NCBI GenBank assembly: GCA_951406725.2
Contig: OX597820.1
Coordinates: 41,912,001 to 41,976,000 of the forward strand
Direction: 5' to 3'
Length of the DNA stretch: 64,000 nt
Source of the DNA: Octopus vulgaris
Lineage: Eukaryota
Shown in pieces: positions 39,401 through 53,812 of this stretch. Made by a program: the position numbers and the translations under genes. A model generated the notes under the pieces. The model did not search any database. It saw only the letters and a program-made list of their open reading frames with translations, and was not told where the DNA came from. Numbering within the stretch: position 1 is the first letter of the stretch; the number at the start of each line of letters is the position of its first letter.

Positions 39401-40323
39401 AGTTTCACCGTTATTTACATTAAAGATAAAAAGAACTAGTTGAACTCTGTGGAATTCCAACACTAATCTAATAGGGACGAAACTATTTCAAAGAATGCCT
39501 ACTAAAACTAAATACAATCAAGTTACCTCATTCGTGTAGCTGTTTCCGGACTGATTTGGAATACCGGCGAAGTCGACAATGCCGTTGAAGAAAACATGGG
39601 ATTATAAAATATATACTACTCATGTATTTTCTTTTTCTTTTTTATATATATATTTCATATTAATTTCATAACAAAAGTATGAAAGATAACAATATTCTAT
39701 CCAGAGCTTTGGTGATATGCATGAGGAATTTATCCTGATCGCTTAAAAAAACAGTATCGTCTTCTTTAGTAACATCTTGCTGGGTGGTGTATTAAACCGT
39801 TAACCTGAGCAAATTCTATAGCGCAGGGTAAATAGAATCGACTGTTCTCTTTCCCAAATTACCCACCTTTGGCTTATTTTTGAAATCAATATTTATAGTA
39901 AACTTTCACTTGTTTAATTTCTGAAACCATAATTGCTGCATACTTTATGCGTTATGTGTAACAATGATTGTACGATAAAAACAGCCTGTATATATGATTT
40001 ACATAGACAAATCATTATCTCATACTGAAGCATAACTTATGATTTCTGCCTACAAGTCATTAAATTTAAACGTCTAAATGCAACCTTTGCAAAGTAATCA
40101 CCTTAGCATAAACATAAACCTATGAACATGCAAACCATAAATTAAGTACGAAAAATATGTTCTCGTTCAAATTAAAGAAGCTACATCATGTCGAATTTCG
40201 TAGATATTCAATACGTTTTTAATTTATATAAGCGTAAACTCATTCCAAAATACAAACACACTGACAAAAATAGTGAGCGTAACTTCTTATAAAGTTATTT
40301 ACGTTCCTCTAAATATCTTTCCT

Positions 40324-40324
<1 letters not shown>

Positions 40325-40412
<88 letters not shown>

Positions 40413-40509
40413 ATATCTCCCTCTCTCTCTCTATCTATCTATGTATCTATTTATCTATCTATTTCTCTCTCTCTCTCTATCTTTCTCTCGCTCCTCCTCA
40501 CTCTCTTTC

Positions 40510-40583
<74 letters not shown>

Positions 40584-40589
40584 TATATA
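40325..40589. repeat. (TCTA)n-(TC)n-(TA)n compound microsatellite
   Basis: Directly visible. Confidence 0.95.
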
Positions 40590-40590
40590 A

Positions 40591-40780
40591 AGTTAATGCA
40601 AACATGAAAACACAACAACGCGAGGACGTGGAACAAATATAGTATTATTGGACGCTCAGGAAGGAAGGGAAGAAGGAGGGTTTTACGTTACGAGTGGAGC
40701 TCTTCGTCAGAAACATAGGAAAAGGAAAGATCCCGAGAAGGGAAGACGGAGGAAAAAAATCGCCAACGGTACACACGCGG
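40591..40780 (-). mobile_element. ~190-bp TA-flanked repeat carrying a minimal hammerhead-like motif, copy 2
   Basis: Reverse complement starts CCGCGTGTGTACCGTTGGCG and is collinear with 14061-14260. The ORF track shows the same pseudo-peptide YRVCTVGDFFP...SFLSVQ at both loci. Confidence 0.85.
40680..40714 (-). ncRNA. Minimal type I hammerhead ribozyme remnant (GAAA box mutated)
   Basis: Minus strand reads GTTT-CTGACGA-A-GAGC-TCC-ACTC-GTAACGTA-AAAC. The CUGANGA box and stem I are intact, GAAA is changed to GUAA, and stem II has one mismatch. Confidence 0.6.
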
Positions 40781-41092
40781 TATATAAGTGTATGTGTGTG
40801 TTCGGTGAGGTGTTTGCGTGTGCGTTCATACAACATATATGAGCGGACACGCAACTGACATAGTTTAGGAAACTGGGAAAAACTAGACAAGTGCAGAAAG
40901 TAACCGAGGAGAAGCATTATGTATAAATAATAAAATAACCCTACTCTGGAGGAAATAAATCCTGAGTGTTTGAAAGAAGTTAAAAAGGACAGTAGATTCT
41001 CCTTTCGATTTGTCGGAAATAGTTATAGAATAGCATACACGAACGCGTACACACAAACACACACATACACACACATACATACACACATAAAT

Positions 41093-41127
<35 letters not shown>

Positions 41128-41291
41128 ATTATATATTACATATGTTTAGCATTATATTTTAACATATATAATATTATGTTATTATATATACATATATATA
41201 TACATATATGCATAAATATATGAATATATATATATTATATGTATGTATATATAAGTATATATATGTATATATATATACATATATACATACA

Positions 41292-41326
<35 letters not shown>

Positions 41327-41734
41327 AGTCAGAGGGAGAAGAAAATTACGAGAGTACTAGAGAGAGACTTTGTGTGCAAAAGTGCCATAATGACACATAC
41401 AAAGGAAGACGGCAAAAAAGCAAGAAAGAAAGTGAAAGGAAAGAATGGAAGAAGAATTTAGAGAAAGATAAAAGAAAAAATAATGAAAAGCAAGAGAGGA
41501 TGGAAGTATGATTAAAGGGCTGAAGGAAAGGCAGAAGTAAAAACATTAATTGCTGTTGTTGAAAATCTCCTTCTATAGGCGGTCAGTAATGACGTGTGGT
41601 CCAAGAACAGCTGCGCCTTGCACTGCATCCCGTACACAGTCAGCTCTCAGCATCATCATATACATTGAAACACTGGCTTAGATATTGGCAGAGAACATCG
41701 CATCTGCGCGTCGCAGCGACTCATTAAAGAAAAT

Positions 41735-41805
<71 letters not shown>

Positions 41806-42759
41806 ATAGATAAATATATAAAAATAAGAGATGGCGTAATAACGAAAATAAGAAGAGACAAAAATAATTAATGAAAGAACAGAACAAAAGGAAAGAAGAA
41901 ACTAAGAAATCAATAAAGAAAATAAGAAGTAAAAAGAATGCAAGTTAAGAAATGGGGAAGGAGGGACAGACAGAAAGAGTTAAAGAAAAAGAAAAAGAAT
42001 AAATGGAGCAGAAATAAAGAAAAGTACTTCCATATATCCAACATCTGTTTCAGCGATGTAATATTCGGTCATAGAGACCAACATTCCATATCTTGTCAAC
42101 ATTTGGACTACAGGGCAACGAAATGACAATTAGACGCTGTACAATCAATAGGGTTTACATTTTCAAGGATTAGTTTTCAAAAACGTACAACCTGTCTTAA
42201 CATTATTAGTCACTTGTGTGGCATACAATGTCTGCTTCTAATTCTCAGTATTTCTCTTCCCGTAGCCATCATCATAAGCTGGGTTGTCGATTCCTAATTC
42301 ATCAAATTCTACAACTTCCACGTTTAATTCTTCTTGTCTACTTCTTTTCATCTTCTCTCATCTCCCACTTCTCTCTCATTTAATCTCCTATGCTCCAGCA
42401 TCTTTGACAAGTACAGGGAGTCTTTACGTGGTCTCTTGACTTGCTAAAAACAGGAGTAAAATCTCCTTGAAATCAATCTCTGTTGTCATAGGAATGGACA
42501 TTCACTGAATGGCATGCATTCAGATAAACAATGCCCGAGGCTAAAAACAAGAGGGTCCCGGCTTCAAGTCTTTGGTAACCTGAATTATGGCTGCCTTGGA
42601 GCAAAAATGAGCAATTTGTTTTTAATGATGCCCTAACTATACAATATATGCAAATATACACATATATATATATGCACACGTCTTACATATATATACAACC
42701 ACAGTACATATAATAACACATGTAGGAAATTGATTCTATGTACACGCAGACATACACAA

Positions 42760-42797
<38 letters not shown>

Positions 42798-43234
42798 GTA
42801 TATGGACACAAGCTGAAAATAAACGAAAACAACAACTCTTACCAGTTATACAATAAACATATCAAATCTAGTTTTCCGATAATAAACAATTTCTGCCCTG
42901 AGAAAATACTCGAATAAACGATTCTAACACTACCCAGCAGAAATAAGAACAAAGAGTAAATTTAGCATCCTTATTCTTGTATATAATAGATATTGTCGTG
43001 CAAAATCGACAGCGAAAAACCTGTCTTAAACGCAGCTTAAATTTAAGGTTAAATGACTTAAACAAAGATATTCTACTGAGCCTGGCGGATTTACTTTTAG
43101 ATTTTAATAGTTTTTTTTTCTAATTTCATTACAAAGAGATGATAATCTAGCTGGATATTTTTGTTGTGATTTCCACTTTCATATATTTATTTTTTGATGC
43201 TAAATACTTCAATTCATGATTCATTTCTTCTACA

Positions 43235-43405
43235 CTGAGCCCTAAGTTGGTATGACTGATCAGACCCCTTTTGCAAGTTATTGTAGCCATACCCATCCTG
43301 ATATATTATGTACTATCCAATGACTACATATTTTAAGAGGTAGAATTCAAGTTGTAGATTCAACTGCTACTTTTACGAGTTCAGTGACCACGTACAGCCT
43401 CTCTT
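43235..43405 (+). repeat. Old dispersed repeat, related to 39225-39400 and 60121-60295
   Basis: CAGACC...TAGCCATACCCATCC...TACTATCCAATG...TTTTAAGAGGTAG...GATTCAACTGCTACTTT...GACCACGTA. Confidence 0.5.
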
Positions 43406-45324
43406 CTTAATGTTTCCTTGTAAAAACCGATGTTCAAATGTTTTTAACTTTGAAAGGTTATTCTTCATTGAGTCTGCCTTCTAACTACTGGATTTTAAAA
43501 CTTATGAGTATAGTCAGCTATTTCTAGTGAAATATAATATATATTAACTATTAACTTAAAATAGTATTATTACTAGCGAATGCAAATAGCAAAAAAGAAT
43601 TAGTTAGCTAGGATTATAGTAAGGCTGCAAAATATTTGGGCAAGAACATGGCTGATTGAATTGACATCAGTTAATTCGAATATATTTTAGCGAGAGATAA
43701 AGAAAACAAAATGCGCGTTGACTTTTGAAGGTAATGTGATGTATTTAGATACGTTCAATTTCTTACATAGAGACGAGGCAAGAAACTGGGGTAGCGTGGA
43801 ATAAGATCGATTATACTGACTACAGCATATAGCCGGTGTTATATTTTTGAACTCTAGAAGGATGAAAGGTAAGGTTTTTCTCTGAACCTAAAGAGCAAGA
43901 ACAAATACTGCAGTATTTTCTGACATTACCAACCAATCTATCAATAAACCGTCAGTAAATGGTTCTTTTACCGGATGTACACCGCATATCTGTTGCATAC
44001 CATGTGGTCACACCACCGACTACACCTAAGAAGCCATATCGCAAGATATTCAGTTCAAAACTCAATCGTTTTTCACTGCTAACGAATTTTCTTCTGGCAG
44101 ATAGTGATAATGCATCGTAAGTTAATTTTAATAGTAAAATATTTCTCCCAAAAGTTATCTCTGTATTTTTAATGACTTCGTTAATAGTTCATTAGCTTTT
44201 AGGTATCTTTTTTTAAGTAGTTCAATAACACATTCATCATTGTTAAATATTAGCCGCTTAGCGCCAAAAGCACCTTTCTCTCTCTAGTTTACTTATGAAG
44301 TAGACGCTGATTTCCGAATCATATTTAGAAACGATATAAATATTGCATGAAAAAAAATGATTTATCATGTTATTGAATATTTAGTGCTATATGTCTAAAT
44401 TTCACTAGCAAAAAATTTTCCGCTTAAATTATTTATTAAAATATACTGAACTTTGTGTAACTACGAGGAAGATGTCTCATAAAATGTTGGTTTATAGACT
44501 TCGAAGTTTCAGAATCTTCAAAAATAATGTACTCTGTTGTTTTGAATTAGAAGCTACCGAATAAAATTTTCACGGCACAGTGCATCAAATACACAATGGA
44601 ATTTTAGTGAAGGTGAATAGGAAGGAATCGAATTCATATCATATTTTTATGCCAACACATACTTACATACACGTAGTGGTACTCAAAAGAGAACACACAG
44701 GTATACACGCACGTGCACACATGTATATGTTCACATGTACGTACACGCATTTTATATATGAATATATTTGATATGCATTTATTCCATTTTCGAATATTTA
44801 AATCACTCTGTAATCAATTAATTCACATATAGAATGGAAAACAAAGCCGATATTCGTTAAACTTAGCCAACTTCTGCATCACCGCTTTTTATATATTTAT
44901 TTATGCATTCATTTTTGCATTCAGCATATCTCACTGTTACAAAAAAGTTCACGTGCATCCAACAATGAAATATGGGTTCTTACATCTGGAATGCTTGCTT
45001 TTACCACCACATCACTAGTATTCTCGATCGTATCTAATAAAATAAGATAAAAAGTAAGAGTGATCCGACTGATCTGAAAAACCTTCCTTTTTAAGATAGC
45101 CTCCAGCATCTAACTTAACCGTCGGTCGTATCTGTACCATGCCTCTTCCTTCTGTCGTGACTACCACGCCCTCTGTTCTCTACCACTTAAATAATTATGC
45201 CGCTCTCGACAATGCACGCTCCAACACTCCAATTATGTCTCCTTTCAAAACAGTTCACAACAAACCCAGCATGCACAATCTTTCTTTTGCAACAACATGT
45301 ATGTTTTAAGCCAGCATTGAAACA

Positions 45325-45328
45325 CTAT

Positions 45329-45388
<60 letters not shown>

Positions 45389-45467
45389 GTTATATCTTCT
45401 TCTTTTTCGTTTGCTTCATTATTATTGAGTGAGAGAGCAGCACACGCCATTATCATTGTTATTATTA

Positions 45468-45516
<49 letters not shown>
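45325..45516. repeat. (TAC)n and (TAT)n microsatellites
   Basis: Directly visible. Confidence 0.93.
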
Positions 45517-46679
45517 TCATTTTCGTAAAATCTGTAACATAAATAATGCTTTATGCTTAATGAGACGAAAAATCGCAAATTCTGAAGTTCATGCAACGTG
45601 TGAAGTGAAGTAATATCAACCAGGAGAATTTCAAGTTTTCGTCCGATGTGCACACTATTTTGAGTAAAACATTAGTGTGATTGAAATTCAGATTTATAGT
45701 TTCTCACATTAGTTCGGACGGGTAATTGGAATGACGTAAATTCAGACTCGAAACAAACAACCTGATTAATGTACCTGCTACAAACAAATTTTTTCTTTTT
45801 CATTTTAAAAAAAAAAAAAGCTCAAATGTTCTCAATTCCTTTACTCAGGTATTAATTACGTAACTGAAGTGAATTGTTTTCAACCACGAAATAGAAACCA
45901 TGTCACATACATTTAGGAATATTTACTTCAATACAAGCTAACTTTCTTTCTTAAACACACCCCAATATTCATAAATCTAAAGGAGGGTAAAAGGAATGTC
46001 ACGATGTTCAAAACTTTCTCCAAGGAAATTAGTAACCTCAGTGCTTTAGTAACCTCGTGCTTAACAACAATCTGTTCAACGGCACCATCGTAGTGCATTG
46101 GTTTTACTGTTACACGTTTCCTTACTGCTGAATGGACTAGTGCATCGTGAAACGGCGTCCCCTCTGTAGATTCTGAACTTATGTCGTTATGAATCAAAAT
46201 CCAAAACTCTCACCAATAGACCAATAGGCCAGTTGTTTTCTGCTCGTGAGTATTTCAGATGTTACTTGTATATGTTTAGCATGTAACTTCTAAAATACTT
46301 ATGAATATTGAATGCAGACCTACGATTACCATAAGTAGCATTAACTGAACTAAGGGAATATTATAAACTTTAACATCCCGCACTTCAAATTCAAGATTGA
46401 AATTTTAGTATTCGAAGTTGAATACATATTCCTTTGTTTGAGACGGTACATCCAATATTAATTAGAAAGAATAATGTATATTGATCTTGAAAACACACTC
46501 ACAATAAAAACTTATCAGAAAAAGGATCAATGATAAAATAGTAACGCATATTAAAAATGAAGTATATCTACCCATAAATATATACATTCATATATATACA
46601 CAGGTGTATGTATATATATATATGCATGAAGGTATGTGTATGTATGAGTGTGAAACTATATATATATATATATGTCTAT

Positions 46680-46756
<77 letters not shown>

Positions 46757-47070
46757 TCTATATGAATATCGAGTGTGATATAAGAGGACAGATAAAACAA
46801 ATTTAATTACTCTTTAGATGACTTATTTTGATTATAATACCTTAATCGATATAGAGTATTGCACCCTATATATTGATGTATGAAATCAAAGAAAGACCGG
46901 TAAAATTCTAAAATAAAAAAGGTTGAAAATGAGAAAGAAATGTGGCAAGATATATATATCAATAAGTAAAATATATATGAGGCATGCGTGATATTATTAA
47001 AAACACTGGAAATAGGAAGTATGTGTTAAATACTGCACATTTGTAAACAAGAATTTTAGTATATACATAC

Positions 47071-47177
<107 letters not shown>

Positions 47178-48019
47178 CATGATTATATATATGCATGTGT
47201 ATATATATATATATAGATATATATGCACGAGTATTGTGCATATCCGTTTGCGTGCATACACACACACATATATAGGGAGGTAGATTTTTAGAGACAGCGT
47301 ACGTAGAATCATAGATTTAAATTTGAATAGGTATGTATGTATGTAGGTATGTATGTATGTATTGATGCATTTAAAATGAAAGACACAATCACAAATATCA
47401 AAAATTATATATCCCGAATTTCTCGTATTACACACGTATGTAAGAGTCCCAGGTATCATTTTATGTCATAGACAGGGATGAGCCTAACTTTTGAAATATT
47501 TTCTGTTTTTCCTGCTGAGTGTATTTTGGCTACAAAGAAGGATAAGTCTATTCATCGAGAGGCAGTGCGAGTAGAATTTTGAAACTTAGTTGAAATACTC
47601 TGTCCTATCGAATACGAATGATGGAATGTGGTGTGTCTGTCATTTACAGTATGTTCCGAACATGTATTCAATACCCTGGTGCTGAATACATGCTGGGATT
47701 TCTAAATGTGCGTATGCGCAAGATATGTCATTGCCCCAACACTTCATAAAACCAATTTGTTACACAATATTTTATGCTGATATTATTGTTTGCCACTTTA
47801 GAATTCGGTATGTAACCATTTCAAATTCGTATGTATGTATGCATGTATGTATGAACGTATATATACATACATACATACATTTTCACATTTAAATCTGTGA
47901 TTTTACGCAATCTGTCTATTTATCTCATCCCACCTATGTATATGTACGTCTGCGTGTGATTGTGTGTGCATGTACGCACTCAAACAATACTCGTACATAC
48001 ACACAAACACACACACATA

Positions 48020-48075
48020 TATATACATACAAATACATACTTACACACACATATAAATATGTGTATGTATGTGTG

Positions 48076-48117
<42 letters not shown>

Positions 48118-48371
48118 CACGCACACACATATATTTATACTTATAAAAATACACACATACATACACATATATATATATATATATATATTCATACATACAA
48201 ATACATACGTACACACGCATATAAATATGTGTATGTATGTATTTTGATGTGTATGTATATATATATATTCACTTGCACACACATATATATTTATACATAT
48301 AAAAATACATTCACACACACACACACGTATATATATATATATATACATACACAAACACACACGTACGCGCA
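48020..48371. repeat. Higher-order tandem duplication (~165-bp unit, about 2.2 copies) of a compound microsatellite
   Basis: CATACAAATACATACxTACACACxCATATAAATATGTGTATGTATGT at about 48026 and 48194. TATTCAC...TTTATACxTATAAAAATAC at about 48112 and 48266. Confidence 0.75.
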
Positions 48372-49160
48372 TGGTTTGTCTTTTATTTTGTCAACTACAC
48401 AATATAGTAGGGTCAGTTGGGCACCGTCTGTAAGAAACACAGCACCATGACGCAATTCACTCTGCCAGAAACTTTGGAAACGATTTGCTTTACTGCTTAA
48501 CCTTCAAACCGTAAGCTCCAATACGAACATTTCAGAGTGTTTAGGTGTCAATCTGAGGACATTGCAGGGTATTCGGAAAGAGTTAGAGGAATCTAATGGT
48601 GATTACGAAGGTATTTGGTGTGATCCCTAGTGATGGCAACGTTATGCCTCCATTCATTTCCCCACACGGCCTCAGACTGAACAAGGAGGCCTACATCAAG
48701 TACCTGGGGATGTAGTGATACCATGTGGCAAGAGAGTGGTTGCTGGAAGACACTATGTCTGGCAACAGCACTCTGCGCCATGCCATACAAGCCGGAGAAC
48801 CCAGTTATTGATGTCAAACAATGTCTACGACCACATCAACCCTAAAATCTGGATGCATATAACTCGCCAGACTTGCGACCCTCTTCATTATTATATGTGG
48901 GGCGCAGTTGAGTGAGAGGCCAACAAAACACCATGTCACATCAAAGATAAACTGAAGGCAAGAATTATGGCAGCATTCACCAACTTAAACAAAGAGACGG
49001 CCCAGAAGAGTTGCAGGAGATTCCGAAGTCGTCGGGAGGTCATAGTTGAAGGCAATGGCACTTTTATTGAATAAATTTACCCATTAGTGTTTATAGATAT
49101 TTTAATGTAATTCTTAAAATATATCTGCTGAAATGAGATGTCAGTATAATTTTCATTTTT
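48372..49160 (+). mobile_element. Internally deleted maT/DD37D-type (Bmmar1-like) Tc1/mariner element; transposase pseudogene 48447-49074
   Basis: HTH-like ISECLGVNLRTLQGIRKEL is joined to FGVIPSDGNVMPPF...YVWQQHSAPCHTSRRTQ...KIW..NSPD..DPLHYYMWGAVE...LKARI...CRRFRSRREVIVEGNGTFIE*. Spacing between the second and third catalytic positions is about 37 after correcting two small frameshifts. Confidence 0.88.
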
Positions 49161-50495
49161 GCGTATGTATGTGTGTGTGGTATGTATACACACATATATG
49201 TGCGTACACATGTGTGGTTATATATATATATATATATATATGTGTATACATATGTGTATATATATGTGTTTTTGTGTGTGTGTGCGTGTGCGTATGTGTG
49301 TGTATGAACGAGTTGTATAAGATGTGCATTCAAAGAATCGTGCAGCACAACCGTGCATACGTGTATACATACATATACAAACAAATATATATATATATAT
49401 ATATATATGCAAAACGAATACATTCAACTTAAGGCAGACAATGCATGCTATAGGACGTTAAAGGCTTTCATTTATCTAGTCTCGTCCATCCTCAGTTAAT
49501 GGCAGTGTATCACAGGAGTTGGAGGGGAAAAAAACATCTCCATCATCATCAACAACTAGGACATCTGAAGTGCACCTTCAATTTGAAAGGTAACTTTACA
49601 ATATGCTGTGTGCTTGGTGCACAAATAAGGAAATTGAAGACAAATTAGAATAAATGATGATATGAATACTATGAACTTTCTCGTAATGTCGACTTAATGT
49701 GAAAATTCCTGTTTGGATGTTTCTATGTTGTTTGTGCTACATGCATTTTTGTCCCTCGATCTCCATACTTCTATAAGTTTGTGTATGTGTATGTTAGTGC
49801 ATCTAAGCGTGCATGTCTTTGCATGTGTTTGTACATGTGTATACTTGAGTGAATGAGTGTTTAAATAACTGGATGTGGATGCATGTTTGTAAAGGGACAG
49901 AGAGAGAGAGAGAGAGAGGGGTGAGAAAGTGAAAGACGGCGTTAAAGAGGAAAGTGGGGGTTACTTACCTAGGCAGATAACATGTATGTGTATATGTGTA
50001 TGTAGGTAATAAAGCTAGACGTGTATAACAGACAGAGTATGTATGCATGTGTGTTTGTGTGTGTAGATGAGTATAAGTGTTTTGTGCGTGCGTGCGTGAG
50101 TGCGTGCGTTTGTGCGCGCGTGTGTGTGAGCGCGAGTTTCCGCATTCCCACATGTATGTGAAAGAAAGATTTAAGAAAAATATTGAGAGAAACAGAGATA
50201 AAATGTCGCTAGATAGTCAAAGGTCAATGTGTATGTATACAGAAAAGAGAATATGAGAGAGAGAGAGAGAGAGAGAGTAAGAGAGAGAGATGAAGAAAGA
50301 GAGGGAAAGAAAAAGAGGGAGCGAGAGAAATTGAGTGAGGTAAAGGATGTTGGCGCTATACATTTAGAAGTATTTCTCTATTTCTAAATCTGTGTATTCA
50401 AGTAAGCATCTGTTAATGGTGAAATGGTGAAATAGAAAAAGAGTGATGGTAAAGAAAGAGTGGTGTATAAGGAGATGAAGTTGTCGATGGTGATG

Positions 50496-50523
50496 TATCT
50501 GCGTATATAAGTCTGAGTATATG

Positions 50524-50621
<98 letters not shown>

Positions 50622-50674
50622 TGTATGTATGTATGTATGTATATATATATATATATATATACATACATATATAT

Positions 50675-50723
<49 letters not shown>

Positions 50724-50745
50724 CTCAGACTTATATACGCAGATA
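50496..50745. repeat. ~250-bp inverted repeat (palindrome) with unique outer arms
   Basis: TATCTGCGTATATAAGTCTGAGTATATGTATATATA (50496-50531) is the exact reverse complement of 50710-50745. The interior is TA/TATG on the left and TACA/TA on the right. Confidence 0.9.
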
Positions 50746-51622
50746 TATATATATATATATAATATATATATATATACATACATACATATATATATACATA
50801 CATACATACATACGCATATATATATATATATATATATATGCATGCGTGTGTGTATATATGTAATGCATATGTACATGTATATATGTGTTCCTATGAGTTC
50901 AACTATCTCTCTGTCCACCTACTTCACATACATGAACAGCAATTTGCGTATACTTTGGTGTTGTGTATAAGAGTGCCTATGTGAGTAAGTGTATATGTGT
51001 GAGTCTTTGTTTCCATGTGTGTGTGTGTGTGTGTGCGCTTGTGTCTATGTGTGTGCCTGTGTAAAGTAGGAGAGTATAATCTGTTTCATTATTTCTCCTA
51101 GATTTCTGTTTTGGCTCTGTTACGTTTGTTCTTGTTCTTGTCTGTGCACCCCCGCTTCTCTCCCCAGCCACCCTCTAAATACATCTTGACAATGATAGAT
51201 GATGGTTACAGTGTGTGACAGATAAAGTTGGATCATTTCGTCGCTAACGCCACCTTTATCATCAACACTACCGTCATCTCCACACGTTAACTTGCCAGCT
51301 CTCTCATTCGAACGTCGAGCACTGTGGCAAAAGTAATATTGAAGTTTTGTTAGTTTTATGTCTGTGTGTATGTGTCTGTGTTTTTTCCTTTCTTTTTTTA
51401 CTTCACAGCTTATTTCTTTCCTATTTCTTAGCTGTTTTTTTTTTTGCTGATTCTGTGATGTTGTTTCTATTATTGTTGCGGTTGTTTGTGGTTGGTGATT
51501 ATGTTCTTCTTGGTACTGGCCATCGAGATAGTTGTGGTATTATTGGTGGCCATGGTATTCTTGGTTGCCATTGCAGTGGTTCGGGATGCTATAGAAGATA
51601 TGTATACATACATATACGCAGA

Positions 51623-51668
<46 letters not shown>

Positions 51669-51683
51669 AATACATATATATAC

Positions 51684-51734
<51 letters not shown>

Positions 51735-52152
51735 TATATATATATATATACATAAACACACACACACACATATACATATGTATATTATAGTCAACAATAT
51801 ATATATATATATTTACTGCATTTATTACTTCAGGTATTTCGCAGAAAATGAGACACTTTGTGAGAAACAAGGCGGCGATGAATAAGAATCATGAGCGAAA
51901 AGTAGATGGTGATCATGAGACAGTGTGGAGAGAAAGTCATGGATAGAGTGAGGTTGGAAAATAGAGAGAGAGAGAGGTGGGGGTAGAGAGAGATTTGTGT
52001 GTGTGGGAAATATAAAAGTAATTTGTAACATTCCGATTAAATAGTTTTCTTTTTTTTTTTTCATTCTGTGCGTACTTTCAATTCTACTACACATTTAACT
52101 AATAACTGTGTTAGACATATACACACATTCAGATACTGTCAACCATGCATAG

Positions 52153-52191
<39 letters not shown>

Positions 52192-53088
52192 AACATACAC
52201 ACAAAAAAGAAGAACAACGACAATAATAATTACAATTACTTGTCCGCACGTCATACTTTTGCATACTACAGTATGGTGTGCTTCTATTTGTAATCGTATA
52301 TTTATATGCTTATATGTAAATGAAACTGAAAGCTACAAAGAACTTAAACACTTGCACACACATACATATAAAGAGAATGAGAGAGAGAGACAGACAGATA
52401 GACAGACAGACAGACAGAGAGTGTGTGTGAGAGAGAAAGGGAGTGAGAAGGAGAGAGTAAGAGAGCGTTAGAATGAAAGAAGGCAGCGAAACAGAAGAAC
52501 CGTTAATCAAGCATAGAAATGAGACAGACCGACCTACTGATTAACAGATAAATAATACACACATGTTCATACAAAGTCCTGTGTGTGTACATGTCTGATC
52601 TCTGCGTACGTGAACACACCCACATACGCATGTATATATATGTGTATACGCATTACATAAATGTATCGATATATAAAGATAGACGCAAATGGCAGAATTC
52701 CTACAGAATCATCAAACGTTAGGACAGGTGCCAGATGCGTAACCTTTCCAAGTCATATCTTCTATCTTTGGTGTTGACACTGTATCGTTTATGTTTTCCC
52801 ACTAACCAAGAAACGAAACAATATTCTGAGAAAGATTATAAATGGCGTTTATCGCAGACTGATTATAGATTAAGTCTTAATCGCTGCGTAATCAATTCTT
52901 TGGGACGAAGGTCACATCTGTGTCAAACTGGCAAAGTCGGATTTCATTATCCGTTGATCTGCCCTTGACGGCTCTGTATTTTCCTTCTTTTCCACATATT
53001 TTCTCGTTATCGCTCTTGATTTATTCATTCTGTACTTCTCTTTATCTGTTTTCGCTCGTTTTATCTCTCTCTCTCTCTCTCTTCTCTC

Positions 53089-53132
<44 letters not shown>

Positions 53133-53591
53133 TCATAAATACATTTCCTCTTTCCCTATTTAATATATCTCTATCTTAAGTGATATATTAGTTGAAGACC
53201 TCAGGGATAATATGATGGATATTGAATTTTTCTAAGAGACACCACACCAATTAGATTTACCCATGAGCTGAAATAATTTCTACTGTCAGAATGAATAATT
53301 GAGGTCTAAACATTTGATCAGAACAGTGATATGCCATCCTTCATTAAAACAAAAAAATTCAAACTAAAAAATATATCTTTGTCTGCGTTAAAGTTTCTTC
53401 AATATTACGGTTTTCTTTTGTTTCTGGAGTAATTACGACGTATATATATATATGTTCCTGGAATACTTTGCTTCGATTGAATTCCACCTCAGAACTCTTA
53501 AGTTGAACGCACAATGATATGTGAAATTTCTTCAATGCAATTCCTAATTTACCCATTGAAACACTGACGAGGAAAAATCATCCAACTCTAC

Positions 53592-53634
<43 letters not shown>

Positions 53635-53728
53635 TAGAGTTGGATATATATATATATATATAAATGTGTGTGTGTGTGTACAGATACACACTCACATATA
53701 TATATATGTAGTATATATATATATATAT

Positions 53729-53812
53729 ATATCATATCATATCATAACCTATATCATATCATATCATTTCATTTCATATCACATCATATCATATCATATC
53801 ATATCATATCAT
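53729..53812. repeat. (ATATC)n pentanucleotide repeat
   Basis: Directly visible. Confidence 0.93.

Noticed and set aside
41578-41730. GC-richer island after a CTCCTTCTATAG acceptor-like site
   Set aside because: No donor and no recognisable ORF on either strand. It may be regulatory but that cannot be supported.
45928-46197. 89-aa minus-strand ORF with normal-looking composition
   Set aside because: No ATG start, no recognisable motif, and it contains a small tandem duplication (TTAGTAACCTC(A)GTGCTT) typical of neutral DNA.
49960-49985. Minus-strand CCTAG|GTAAGT recursive-splice-like site
   Set aside because: The upstream pyrimidine tract is poor and lies in CA/TA repeat-like sequence.
53196-53307. 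Short inverted repeat AGACCTCA/TGAGGTCT as MITE ends
   Set aside because: Only 8 bp, no clear TSD and no second copy in the window.
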